Shown: in pieces, positions 28,036-36,555 of the stretch
Position numbering within the stretch: position 1 is the stretch's first letter
Layout of the letters: each line of letters opens with the position of its first letter
Virus record (IMG/VR): IMGVR_UViG_3300005804_000111
Span: 2,689 to 66,688 of that record
Length of the DNA: 64,000 nucleotides
Direction: 5' to 3' (one strand)
Source: a virus
Position numbers and translations under genes: made by a program
The notes under the pieces: generated by a model
Databases searched by the model: none
Seen by the model: only the letters and a program-made list of their open reading frames with translations
Told to the model about the DNA's origin: nothing

Positions 28036-28380
28036 CTATTTCTCTCCTCCCTGTGCTTTTTTCATCTGAATGACGTTCTCCGGCAGCTCCAGCATGTCGG
28101 GCTGAGTTGCGTCGTTGCTAAAGGTGTCGATCTGCAGCACACCTTCCTTCATGCTCGCAAAGGTTCTGATCTCGCGATTCGGCGTATTGCAGGTGCAGCT
28201 CATATCCACTTCCACATAGCCGCGTGTGTTCGGTTTGAACTTCATCTTCATGGTGATCGTCCGCTCTCCGGAAAGATCACTGTCCTTTTCCATTGAGGTT
28301 TCTACTGCAGCAAGCGCTTCGGAAAACATCGCCTGCATTTTCGTTTCACTCAGTGCTGCCAGCGTCAAATCTTTCAGCAT
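28036..28380 (-). CDS. Conserved phage early protein
   Basis: R.IT.K.KFKP motif; RBS GGAGG. Confidence 0.55.
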   Translation of the reverse strand: MLKDLTLAALSETKMQAMFSEALAAVETSMEKDSDLSGERTITMKMKFKPNTRGYVEVDMSCTCNTPNREIRTFASMKEGVLQIDTFSNDATQPDMLELPENVIQMKKAQGGEK

Positions 28381-28539
28381 GTAGCCTCCCGTGCTACGTT
28401 TATGATCGGAGCTATTATCCGGATATCTGCTCCGTGCTTCTTTTCGGTGGAATGATCTGGAGCAGGAATCACTGCTCTTTCACCCGCGCTTACAGCGCAT
28501 ACCTGGCACGATCCCGGACTCCTCGGGGTATCCCATTAA

Positions 28540-28941
28540 TCAAAACGGTTCCAGGTCCGTTATTTCATCGGGCGGGGTCTGGTCTGCACCGCCCGCCGAT
28601 CCGCTGCTGCTGCCTCCGGGCTTGCTGCCGAGGAAGCGCACATTGCTTGCCACAACTTCTTTTTTGTTGAACTTCTGCCCGTCCTTTTCCCAGCGGCGCT
28701 CGCGGAGGCGTCCCTCTACTAGCACAGGCCTGCCCTTCGTGAGATACTGCCCGCAGTTGTCCGCCTGCTTTCCGAAGACCACGCAATCAATAAAGAGCGT
28801 TTCTTCCTTCGTGTTTCCGTCCGCGCCTTTCGTTCGGCTATTTACTGCGAGGCCGAGCGTTGCCACTGGAGTACCGCCCGGCGTATAGCGCACTTCAGGG
28901 TCTTTCGTGAGATTGCCTATAAGGATGACGCGGTTAAACAT
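28540..28941 (-). CDS. ssb: Single-stranded DNA-binding protein
   Basis: MFNRVILIGNLTKDPEVRYT; acidic tail DEITDLEPF. Confidence 0.96.
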   Translation of the reverse strand: MFNRVILIGNLTKDPEVRYTPGGTPVATLGLAVNSRTKGADGNTKEETLFIDCVVFGKQADNCGQYLTKGRPVLVEGRLRERRWEKDGQKFNKKEVVASNVRFLGSKPGGSSSGSAGGADQTPPDEITDLEPF

Positions 28942-29749
28942 GCTGCTCCTTCTTAACATACGCCACAATCATTTTCTCCCCATCAAAATACACCAGATAC
29001 CCGGCCAGCCACAGGTCAACGACCGCCTCATACGGATTTTTCCGGAGCGACATTTTATCAGCGACAACGGCCCAAGCGGCGTCCAAAGCGGCGGCCCAAG
29101 CGGCGTCCCAAGCGGCGTCCAAAGCGGCGGCCCAAGCGGCGGCCAAAGCGGCGGCCCAAGCGGCGGCCCAAGCGGCGTCCAAAGCGGCGGCCCAAGCGGC
29201 GTCCCAAGCGGCGTCCCTAGCGGCGTCCCAAGCGGCGTCCCAAGCGGCGGCCCTAGCGGCGGCCCTAGCGGCGTCCCTAGCGGCGTCCCAACTGCCGAAC
29301 ACTTTCGTCTCTGCGAAAATTGCCGCCTTGGTAAACGGCTTGTGTCTCCTGATAACTTCATTCATGAGCCGTGCGGGGCAGGGCTTTGTTGCGGTAAAGT
29401 AAAGGCCGGGCTGTTTTAATCTCTCAATTTTTGCCAGCACCTTTTTATAGTTCGGGCCATATATTCTGTGCTTGTTCAGCTCCTTTACTACTACCAGTTC
29501 AGACACGCGCATCTTCGAATCATCGCGCCCGATAATGTTCTTCTTATCGATCTTCACCTCAAACAGCCGACCGGGTTTGTTATGCCCGGACGCATGCCAT
29601 GGTGTGGGCGATACATGGTACCCACGCCCGCAGGGTCCATTATGAGACCTGTCCGGATCAGGATGCACCATCGTCTTTCCAACCTCATATAAAACCGTTC
29701 CGGTGTAATAATCACAGCCCTGATCATTTACTATCTTATACGCCTTCAT
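28934..29749 (-). CDS. Phage protein with an N-terminal C..G.H domain and (W/R/L)(D/A)AA repeats
   Basis: CGRGYH motif followed by 18 tetrapeptide units. Confidence 0.85.
   Translation of the reverse strand: MKAYKIVNDQGCDYYTGTVLYEVGKTMVHPDPDRSHNGPCGRGYHVSPTPWHASGHNKPGRLFEVKIDKKNIIGRDDSKMRVSELVVVKELNKHRIYGPNYKKVLAKIERLKQPGLYFTATKPCPARLMNEVIRRHKPFTKAAIFAETKVFGSWDAARDAARAAARAAAWDAAWDAARDAAWDAAWAAALDAAWAAAWAAALAAAWAAALDAAWDAAWAAALDAAWAVVADKMSLRKNPYEAVVDLWLAGYLVYFDGEKMIVAYVKKEQHV
29063..29290 (-). repeat. Coding 12-bp tandem repeat (18-19 units)
   Basis: ccaagcggcgtc-type units. Confidence 0.9.
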
Positions 29750-29934
29750 AGTGTTGCCCTCTCCACTTCCAGCATCGGGTCAACTTTTTCGCGGAGAATG
29801 TGCGTTGCGCTGTCGGCAAAGCTTGCGACGCACTCGGTCAAGAATGTGTCCAAGTCGGCATAGTCGAGGTTCTGCCGAAGCCGGTCGAGCTTCTTCAGCG
29901 TCTTATAGTCAATGTTTATGGTCAGTATCGGCAT
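29746..29934 (-). CDS. Small ribbon-helix-helix-like protein
   Basis: LTINID..TLKKLDRL pattern. Confidence 0.5.
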   Translation of the reverse strand: MPILTINIDYKTLKKLDRLRQNLDYADLDTFLTECVASFADSATHILREKVDPMLEVERATL

Positions 29935-30094
29935 CAGAAGTTCTCCGAGTAAAATGCCTCTAGGTAATCCGCAAGCTCGGCTTTGTTGAAAACACCGCCG
30001 TCGCCGGTCTCGTCGTTGAAAATGATGATCTTCTGTTCATCGAAATCCTTGACCGTGAATTTCCCGATCCGGATCGTTGGAAGTGAAGGAGCGA

Positions 30095-30367
30095 TCACTT
30101 CCATACTTTCCTCATGCCTTCATCGCCGGCTCCCGCTATCTGCACGTTCATGTTTCCATCTTGGCGCGGAATCATTTTAATGTTGCTGTTCACCAAGTAG
30201 AACGGCCGACCCTCTGCTATCGCTATGCGCATGTCGAGCCGGAGCTCCTGCAGCATGTCATCCTTTGCAGAGTCGTATGCGCTGTCTATCACCATCATCA
30301 TGCCCGATGCAAAGCCGAGCACGGCTGAAGACACGGCAATCAATATGTATGTGCAGCATTTTTTCAT
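30095..30367 (-). CDS. Membrane-anchored hypothetical protein
   Basis: N-terminal TM segment; RBS GGAGG. Confidence 0.55.
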   Translation of the reverse strand: MKKCCTYILIAVSSAVLGFASGMMMVIDSAYDSAKDDMLQELRLDMRIAIAEGRPFYLVNSNIKMIPRQDGNMNVQIAGAGDEGMRKVWK

Positions 30368-30630
30368 AGGGCCTCCTTGTACTGGCATTTCGAGCATTTG
30401 CGCCAGCCGGTCGCCTGCCGCGCACGGCAGACTGGTGTATGGATACGGTGGCCGCGAACACACTCGCGGAAGCCGTTGTCGGAAAAGGTGACGGAGCTGG
30501 CCGGCAAGGCCTGCACCTTCTCCGTCGAGCTATCGGTTTTGAAACATAGCGTGGACACTGACGGTTTTTCGGGCCGTCTCCCGTATTTCCGCGCCAAGGG
30601 CGCGGTTGTGCTGAGTGCTATCGTGCTCAC
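30364..30630 (-). CDS. Hypothetical protein with a Cys-rich C-terminus
   Basis: ATGA overlaps within the early operon. Confidence 0.5.
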   Translation of the reverse strand: MSTIALSTTAPLARKYGRRPEKPSVSTLCFKTDSSTEKVQALPASSVTFSDNGFRECVRGHRIHTPVCRARQATGWRKCSKCQYKEAL

Positions 30631-30995
30631 TTTGATCGCGCTTTCTGCCGCGCAATCCTGTCGGCCGCAAGGCGCATATCAATAATCTGGTGGTACCGTT
30701 TCTTTGTCTCGATCTTCTCCATAGCACGGTCTGTTTTGCTCACACCGGCCCGTTCCATCGAAGCTGCTGCCAGCCCCTGCAGATGCTCATTCACATGCGT
30801 CAATATGAACCGGCGCGGTTTACCGAAGCCCCCCATGCGTCGGGAGTGTTGGTTCAGGAAGCTCTTCGTCAGGTGGTACTGCTGCATAAGGTATGCATCG
30901 TCCACCACAATGATGGTGGCAGGGGCCGCAGGGTCGACCCCTGCCGATGCAGAGGGGCAGGAGGTGCTGCTATGGTGGGGGGTATATCGTGGCAT
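30627..30995 (-). CDS. Hypothetical DNA-binding-like protein
   Basis: Operon overlaps. Confidence 0.5.
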   Translation of the reverse strand: MPRYTPHHSSTSCPSASAGVDPAAPATIIVVDDAYLMQQYHLTKSFLNQHSRRMGGFGKPRRFILTHVNEHLQGLAAASMERAGVSKTDRAMEKIETKKRYHQIIDMRLAADRIARQKARSK

Positions 30996-31228
30996 CAGAA
31001 CAGGCGCTCCAGCCGGTACTGATAAACACCTTTTTTAATGCATTTGCAGTCTATGTCGATGCCGTTGTCCCTGAGTTCCTCAACGATGGAATTGACCGCA
31101 CAGACTCCGGCTTCCTGCGCGATTTGCAGCGTTGTCTTTGGACCGCGCAACAGGCAGGTGTAAACCCGCTGCAGGCGGTCGCTCTTTTCAATCCGTGCAC
31201 TGTGCATTTTCCCGGTGCGTGTGCTCAT
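30995..31228 (-). CDS. Small winged-HTH protein
   Basis: TTLQIAQEAGVCAVNSIVEELRDNGIDI. Confidence 0.65.
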   Translation of the reverse strand: MSTRTGKMHSARIEKSDRLQRVYTCLLRGPKTTLQIAQEAGVCAVNSIVEELRDNGIDIDCKCIKKGVYQYRLERLF

Positions 31229-31419
31229 GGCAGCAGCTCCCCTATGCCTTCGATCTCCCCAAGTCCGCACTGCACGCGAAGCGAGTTGACCGCGATCATC
31301 TCTGCGGGCGTCATAGCATCAATGTGAATACCACCGTCGAGGATCCGGCACAGCACATCGTGCTGCGTCTCGTCCAGATAGACGAGCCTCTGCCAGCTTC
31401 GTGCGATAGGCTGCATCAT
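31225..31419 (-). CDS. Hypothetical protein
   Basis: ATGA overlaps at both ends. Confidence 0.5.
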   Translation of the reverse strand: MMQPIARSWQRLVYLDETQHDVLCRILDGGIHIDAMTPAEMIAVNSLRVQCGLGEIEGIGELLP

Positions 31420-31883
31420 TCCCGAACCTCGGCAGATTTCTCGGCATCGTGGATAAGCGTAAGAATCGCCCGTACCGCATGCATACCCTCCTTGCGGATG
31501 CGCTTTGCTTCCTCGCGGTCCACATTACCATCGCCGATTGCTTTGGTTACCTCCTGTGCTATGTCTCCGAATTCCTTCACAGCAAGGATCATATCAGTCG
31601 TGATATTTGTGCAGTCACATCTCGGGATAGGCAGCGCGAGGATGCCGAATTGCTCGGCAAGGTAATGTAGTGGGGCAAGCGCTTCTGGGTTCTTCAGATC
31701 CTGAGCGGTGCTGATGATCGTCTCAATCCTGTCGACTGGGTTATATGCACCGCTGTCGGTGAAATCGGTGTGCGGCTCCTGCCACTTACTCACAAGCGAA
31801 GTGCTCACACCCAAACGCTTTGCGTGTTCGATCGTTTTTCCGGCTATTGCCGCCTGAATGGATTCGTATGATTTCATGCCCAT
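31416..31883 (-). CDS. CII-like phage regulatory protein
   Basis: AKRLGVSTSLVSKW..P HTH; KEFGD...A..DG.VD..E...I.KE. Confidence 0.75.
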   Translation of the reverse strand: MGMKSYESIQAAIAGKTIEHAKRLGVSTSLVSKWQEPHTDFTDSGAYNPVDRIETIISTAQDLKNPEALAPLHYLAEQFGILALPIPRCDCTNITTDMILAVKEFGDIAQEVTKAIGDGNVDREEAKRIRKEGMHAVRAILTLIHDAEKSAEVRE

Positions 31884-32111
31884 ACCCTGCGGTTACGAAT
31901 GCTGCTGAAGGTTGTAATTGCGAGGGGAAAAAGGAAATGCGAAACTGAATCAAGATGATATATAATGTTGACAAAATATTTTTCATATCCGGCAGCCAAG
32001 GTGGCCCGTACCGTGACGGGAGAGGACCACCATGACTGCCTCTGCGAAACAGGCCTGAAGCGTTGGGGACGGTTCGGCCCGGTTGCATGTGAACGATGAA
32101 AGGATGAGCAT

Positions 32112-32294
32112 ATGGACTTAAAAGCACAAATCGAATGCCCCAACTGTAAAAAGGAAATCAGCATCATAATGAAGACAGGCGGCTCGATCAGTCCCAAAGC
32201 CTGCCGACACTGCAAGGCAGAAATTGTCTTGTCGGAAAAGAGCATGAAGTCTCTCAAGAACATTGACGCCTCTTTGAAGAAGCTTTCCGGATGA
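32112..32294 (+). CDS. Small Zn-ribbon protein, antisense to the lytic operon
   Basis: CPNC...CRHC; AAGGA RBS. Confidence 0.55.
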   Translation: MDLKAQIECPNCKKEISIIMKTGGSISPKACRHCKAEIVLSEKSMKSLKNIDASLKKLSG

Positions 32295-32460
32295 GCTTAG
32301 TGCGGTCTTTGACCTCCAAAACGGTGATTGCTTCTGATACTGCCTTCGCCGCAGCGTCAACCTGCGAGCGGAGATTTTTGAGAGTTCTCACCAGTTCCTT
32401 TAGTGAGGTAGCTCCCCGCTGCTCAATCGCTACCTTGATGGTGACCGTTTTTTCTGTCAT
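32254..32460 (-). CDS. First lytic-side gene (cro position), no obvious HTH
   Basis: ATG at 32460 with GGGGGA RBS, downstream of a strong promoter. Confidence 0.55.
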   Translation of the reverse strand: MTEKTVTIKVAIEQRGATSLKELVRTLKNLRSQVDAAAKAVSEAITVLEVKDRTKLIRKASSKRRQCS

Positions 32461-32491
32461 TTTTCCCGTCCCCCGTGGTGTTCTTGGTTCA

Positions 32492-32520
32492 ATATTATAC
32501 CCGTCACGGGTAATTGTCAA
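32492..32520 (-). promoter_or_regulatory. Lytic promoter with operator palindrome TACCCGT-C-ACGGGTA (32498-32512)
   Basis: TTGACA-17 bp-TAATAT; perfect 7-bp inverted repeat in the spacer; variant near 32009-32021. Confidence 0.7.
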
Positions 32521-32547
32521 GGGTATTTTTGCATTAAATTTTCTTAT

Positions 32548-33012
32548 ATGCGTATAAAAGAATTTGCAAACAGAATAAGAAATGAACGCTGGGCCAGAAA
32601 GCTCAACCAGACGAAATTCGCGTCTCTGGTCGGCGTTACTCAGTCTACGATTTCGGCCTGGGAGCGAGCTGAGTTTGTGCCTGACATACCGCAATTAATC
32701 GTGACCGCTAACAGACTCGGGCTCAATCCGGCATGGCTCGCACATGGCGAGGGTGATAAATTTGCATCTCACGCAGCCGAAGATCAGTCGCCCTACACTG
32801 CAGATCCGCTCGCCGCTGAACTTCTCGACGTTATTTCCGAGCTCGACCCCGATGACCGCGCACGCATATTGGCCGAAGCAAAAGACCGGCTACTATTAAA
32901 GAAGCTGAAGGAGCAGATAGACCGTGCTCAACCCGGCGGCGGCAGCGAGGAGCGACACGCTCCTACCCTTCCGCCGCAGCAAGCGAAGAAAGGTAGACGA
33001 GAGACAGCTTAG
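32548..33012 (+). CDS. Prophage A repressor (Xre HTH, no S24 domain)
   Basis: LNQTKFASLVGVTQSTISAWER, NPAWLAHGEG; divergent from the lytic operon. Confidence 0.88.
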   Translation: MRIKEFANRIRNERWARKLNQTKFASLVGVTQSTISAWERAEFVPDIPQLIVTANRLGLNPAWLAHGEGDKFASHAAEDQSPYTADPLAAELLDVISELDPDDRARILAEAKDRLLLKKLKEQIDRAQPGGGSEERHAPTLPPQQAKKGRRETA

Positions 33013-33171
33013 CCTTCGGCTCTGGCCATGCCCGGCAGCAGCTGAAACGGCAGACCTACTTGCGCGTCTGCTGAATGTCATCTATAATGGTGAGTGCATC
33101 CACTGCGGCGGCTGCCGCAGATCGCGTATAAAACACCACGTAACCGTCATTGTGCGTGACTACTACGGAGG

Positions 33172-33642
33172 ATGAGAATGATAAGACTTGTTGCACTGCT
33201 CTTAGCGATATTAATGATCTGCGGGTGCGCCACGTTTGGCCCTGCGCCGTCTGAGCCTGAGTATTCCAAGGCAATCGAAAAACTGCCCGCTGCAAAAACT
33301 GCGGTTTATATAATGGAGGCAGCTTGGTATCCGAATATCGTCCTCGGGGACATGTCCTCTTTCCATGCGCAGAGCAATGCCGGATCTCTATTTGTTACGC
33401 CTGAGCAGCTGGTATTTGCAGCATACGACAGCGCCACTGATCGATTCCTGCAGTCATTTTCAGCGTCCTATGCCGATATGGGATGGCTCACAACAAAACA
33501 GCACGGTTTGTCGCGGATTATCCGCGTACAGATCAATAACAGTGTCCACAGCTTCCTTTTTGCCAGGGGGCAGAAAAGCAACGGTGAGGATGCCGACAAG
33601 GACGAGGTTATGCAGTTTGTTCTGAACAAGGGGAAAAAATAG
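33172..33642 (+). CDS. Lipoprotein with a PH-like domain (lysogenic conversion/exclusion candidate)
   Basis: Lipobox MICGC; GSLFVTPEQLVF. Confidence 0.7.
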   Translation: MRMIRLVALLLAILMICGCATFGPAPSEPEYSKAIEKLPAAKTAVYIMEAAWYPNIVLGDMSSFHAQSNAGSLFVTPEQLVFAAYDSATDRFLQSFSASYADMGWLTTKQHGLSRIIRVQINNSVHSFLFARGQKSNGEDADKDEVMQFVLNKGKK

Positions 33643-33649
33643 AGAAGCC

Positions 33650-34291
33650 ATGGAGCAGGCCCTTGTCATAATCATTGTGCTCATCGGGGTCGGTTTCTGG
33701 ATCAAAACCATCAGAAAAAACGAAAAAGAGTCCCGCGCCCGACAACTCTCAGCTCCGCGTATGGAAGCTATCCATCATACAAAGGCTTATTTTGCAGATA
33801 TCAATACCACACACCGCATCCCCGAAGTGTCCACCGATATACTGCTGGACCCCGGAGAAAAGGCTTACCTCTATGACGATCACGTTTCCTTACTCGAAAT
33901 GCGGGCAGCGAGGAAAACAGAGACCGTTGGAGCTGGTGTCCGAGTGCTCAAAGGAGTTTATGTCGGCGGCGCGAGCGGAACGTCCAGGGCTTACGACGAA
34001 CTATGCGAGATCGGCAGCGGTACACTCACGCTTACCAACAAAAGAATAATTTTCAACGGTGCATCCAATCCGCGCAATATACCCCTGCAAAATATCATAG
34101 CGGTCAACGAGAGCAGTGAGATAATAGAAATCTCATTAAAAAACCGAATCAAAAGCATGTATTTCACCGGGGTGGACAATGCTATCCTTTGGAAATCGCT
34201 CGTACAGTTCATTCGAGCTCTGCCACCCGATGGATCAATCCCCCATGTGGATATAGAAATCCAGTACTGGAAGGATAATGTCAGTTTATAA
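33650..34291 (+). CDS. Membrane-anchored PH-like protein
   Basis: N-terminal TM segment; GTLTLTNKRIIFNG. Confidence 0.7.
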   Translation: MEQALVIIIVLIGVGFWIKTIRKNEKESRARQLSAPRMEAIHHTKAYFADINTTHRIPEVSTDILLDPGEKAYLYDDHVSLLEMRAARKTETVGAGVRVLKGVYVGGASGTSRAYDELCEIGSGTLTLTNKRIIFNGASNPRNIPLQNIIAVNESSEIIEISLKNRIKSMYFTGVDNAILWKSLVQFIRALPPDGSIPHVDIEIQYWKDNVSL

Positions 34292-35426
34292 GCGCGGAAA
34301 ACACTGGTATATAAACGTCATCGTTGGCGGGGTGCGCATCCATCGCAAGGGCGGCCGCACAAAGGCTGCTGCCGAGCAGATTGTTGAGGAGTTACGCACG
34401 GACGCCCGACGCAAGAAACTCTCGTTGCCTCGCATTATCGACGACGCCGAGACGCCGTTCATTTACCTGGCTGAAGAATATTTTCTCCGCGCTGCAGCGG
34501 TCAAGGCATTAAGTACGTACAAAGTAGAACGCAATTTTTACGATAATCATATCCGCCCGTTTTTTGAGGACACCATGGCGTCCGACATTAGCGACCCTCT
34601 GCTGCTCGATTTCCAGACCTATCTGTGCTCAAAACAGGTCGTACGCGGCTATCAGCCCAAAGATCCAGCTATAGTGCGCCCTACGGCCCCTATGGGGCCC
34701 AGAACGGTCAATATTTGCGTCGGTATCGTGCGAAAGATCATCAACCACGCCGTGCAAAAGACACTCATGCACGCAACCACATTCAAGTACCCGCACCTCA
34801 AAGAGCCGAAGCGGTTGCACTCCTTTTTCACCTTTGAGGAGTGGGATGCTTTACTCGATGCAGCGCGTGAAATACACCCGGAGATTGTCGACCGCATCGA
34901 GATTGCCCGCGACGCAGGACTGCGCCCCGCAGAGCATGCGTACCTGGCATGGGCAAGCGACATAGACCTGCACAACCGTATCATCCGCATTACCGGCAAG
35001 CCCGGCCTGTGGGAGCCGAAAACGTGGGAAGAGCGTGTCATACCTATGACCGCCAATGCCTACGCCATCTTGAAGCGCCGGCGGAAGGTGCGCCAGGGGC
35101 CGTGGGTGTTCAGCGATGGTCCTGCGCCAGTTATTGATATCGGGAAATCACTCTCCGCATGCGCGGAGCATGCCGGTATTGAAAAGAAGGTCGGGCCGAA
35201 CATGCTGCGCCACACGTTTGCAACTCACGGGCTCATGGGCGGCATCAAGAGCAAGTCGATCTCCGAGCTTATGGGACACAAAGATGAGCGCACCACGGCG
35301 CGTTATATACACGCAATTCAGGATGGACTCGCTCAGGAAATCGCATTGCTGGACCGGAAAAAACAACCCCGCCGAGGTAAAACGGTCGCCACAAAGTCGC
35401 CACACCAAAAAAAGAAGGCCTCCTGA
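34278..35426 (+). CDS. int: Tyrosine integrase of prophage A
   Basis: N-terminal arm-binding beta sheet; GLRPAE, PKT, NMLRH, MGH, ARY. Confidence 0.93.
   Translation: MSVYKRGKHWYINVIVGGVRIHRKGGRTKAAAEQIVEELRTDARRKKLSLPRIIDDAETPFIYLAEEYFLRAAAVKALSTYKVERNFYDNHIRPFFEDTMASDISDPLLLDFQTYLCSKQVVRGYQPKDPAIVRPTAPMGPRTVNICVGIVRKIINHAVQKTLMHATTFKYPHLKEPKRLHSFFTFEEWDALLDAAREIHPEIVDRIEIARDAGLRPAEHAYLAWASDIDLHNRIIRITGKPGLWEPKTWEERVIPMTANAYAILKRRRKVRQGPWVFSDGPAPVIDIGKSLSACAEHAGIEKKVGPNMLRHTFATHGLMGGIKSKSISELMGHKDERTTARYIHAIQDGLAQEIALLDRKKQPRRGKTVATKSPHQKKKAS
35385..35404 (+). repeat. Arm-type repeats GTCGCCACA x2 (11-bp pitch)
   Basis: gtcgccacaaagtcgccaca inside the 3' end of int. Confidence 0.7.
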
Positions 35427-35436
35427 TTGGAGGCCT
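35407..35436 (-). terminator. Intrinsic terminator downstream of the tRNA 3' end
   Basis: AGGCCTCC-N5-GGAGGCCT followed by a T-run on the minus strand. Confidence 0.75.
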
Positions 35437-35454
35437 AAGTCATTGTTTTTAAAA

Positions 35455-35500
35455 GAGCGGGCGACGAGATTCGAACTCGCGACCTTCAGCTTGGGAAGCT
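35455..35500 (-). pseudogene. 3' half of tRNA-Gly(CCC), att core
   Basis: AGC-TTCCCAA-GCTGA-AGGTC-GCGAG-TTCGAAT-CTCGT-CGCCCGC-TC; D arm and 5' acceptor strand absent. Confidence 0.92.
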
Positions 35501-35566
35501 ATTTTACATCCCCTAACTTCATTTATTTTCAACGACTTATCAGGTGCAAAAACGGTCAAAAAAGGG

Positions 35567-35779
35567 TTATTTCTGTGAAAAGTCCCGACATTTTCCCGAC
35601 ATCAGATATTTTGCCACGCTCTGCAATTTCCCCGGATCAAGGACGCCTCTCGCAATCGCCTTTCTGACAGCATGAGTCGTAACCTTTTTTGCAGAGGCAA
35701 TTTCCGGGATCGTATAATGATACTTTCGATGCCCTTTACCGCCACGCCATTGAGTGCCTTTGAATGCACTCTCGCTCAT
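35567..35779 (-). CDS. Excisionase-like small HTH protein
   Basis: YTIPEIASAKKVTTHAVRKAIARGVLDP; points at the att core. Confidence 0.6.
   Translation of the reverse strand: MSESAFKGTQWRGGKGHRKYHYTIPEIASAKKVTTHAVRKAIARGVLDPGKLQSVAKYLMSGKCRDFSQK
35583..35601 (+). repeat. Arm-type repeats TCCCGACA x2 (11-bp pitch)
   Basis: gtcccgacattttcccgaca to the right of the core. Confidence 0.65.
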
Positions 35780-36084
35780 TCACCCTCCAACATTTCGTTG
35801 AGCTTGTCAGCGCATGTTCCGTAATAGCAATCATTACTCACATCGCAGTTAATGTTTCTCAGCCCCAGTTCATACTCAGCTTTCCATATCAAAAATTGCT
35901 TCATCATCTCGTTGGTGATCTTCGGCACAGTGCGGGTGTTCCATCTTCGGAAAACATCGCAATAGACTTTGCTCACTCCGGTAATGTAACAGTCTTTTTT
36001 ATGTCGTACCATTAAATACAGTTCCCCTTTTGTTCTAGGAGATGCAATGGTTCCACAAAACGGGCATGGTTTCAGTTCACTCAC
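35776..36084 (-). CDS. Lar-like restriction alleviation protein
   Basis: ELKPCPFCG...RRWNTR. Confidence 0.65.
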   Translation of the reverse strand: MSELKPCPFCGTIASPRTKGELYLMVRHKKDCYITGVSKVYCDVFRRWNTRTVPKITNEMMKQFLIWKAEYELGLRNINCDVSNDCYYGTCADKLNEMLEGE

Positions 36085-36443
36085 TCTTGACCTCCTATCG
36101 CTCTTTTCAGTTCTATCAATGTGCAGTCCTCGCCATCTGCAAGATACAGATTGTCGTTAATTGTTTTTGCAATGGCAGAGCGTAACTTCTCGTTCTCATC
36201 TTCGATTAGAGCGCACCGCTGAATCAGTCCGCCAACATGCGCTTCTGATGCGAATAGTGCGGCTTTCTGGACGGCGATTTCACCATCCAATTGCGCCAAC
36301 ATCTTGATATAATCAAACTTGATACGCGCATTCTCAGCCCTGACGGTTGCAAGTTCTTGTTCTAAATAATACAGCTCTTCACATCTTATCGAACAAAAGC
36401 CGTGGATTCTGTCTTCTTCAGCACTGCACCTTTTACAGTTCAT
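36081..36443 (-). CDS. Hypothetical Zn-finger/coiled-coil protein
   Basis: CKRC..C...C followed by heptads; RBS GGAG. Confidence 0.6.
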   Translation of the reverse strand: MNCKRCSAEEDRIHGFCSIRCEELYYLEQELATVRAENARIKFDYIKMLAQLDGEIAVQKAALFASEAHVGGLIQRCALIEDENEKLRSAIAKTINDNLYLADGEDCTLIELKRAIGGQE

Positions 36444-36555
36444 CACTTCTCCTTTCTCTTCTCTGCCCTTCAAATAGGCCCAGACCCCCAACCTCCGCAC
36501 CTGTAAAATACTTCTCTCTCATTACTGTAGCCTTCCTGTCGTTTTTGCGTTCATA

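Larger units (their letters stand above)
1..35500. mobile_element. Prophage A, lambda-like siphovirus (left end outside window)
   Basis: Colinear tail, head, terminase, cos, replication, repressor and integrase modules, ending at a tRNA 3' fragment. Confidence 0.92.

Noticed and set aside
28907-29419. Collagen-like PSGG ORFs on the plus strand and alternate frames (also 38966-39688)
   Set aside because: Artefacts of stop-free tandem repeats; the minus-strand frames carry the flanking domains and RBSs
34278-35426. Inactive integrase (His to Asn in HxxR)
   Set aside because: R, K, R, H and Y are intact, and this His position tolerates substitution in active tyrosine recombinases
35455-35500. 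Functional tRNA gene
   Set aside because: The 5' acceptor strand and D arm are replaced by unrelated AT-rich sequence
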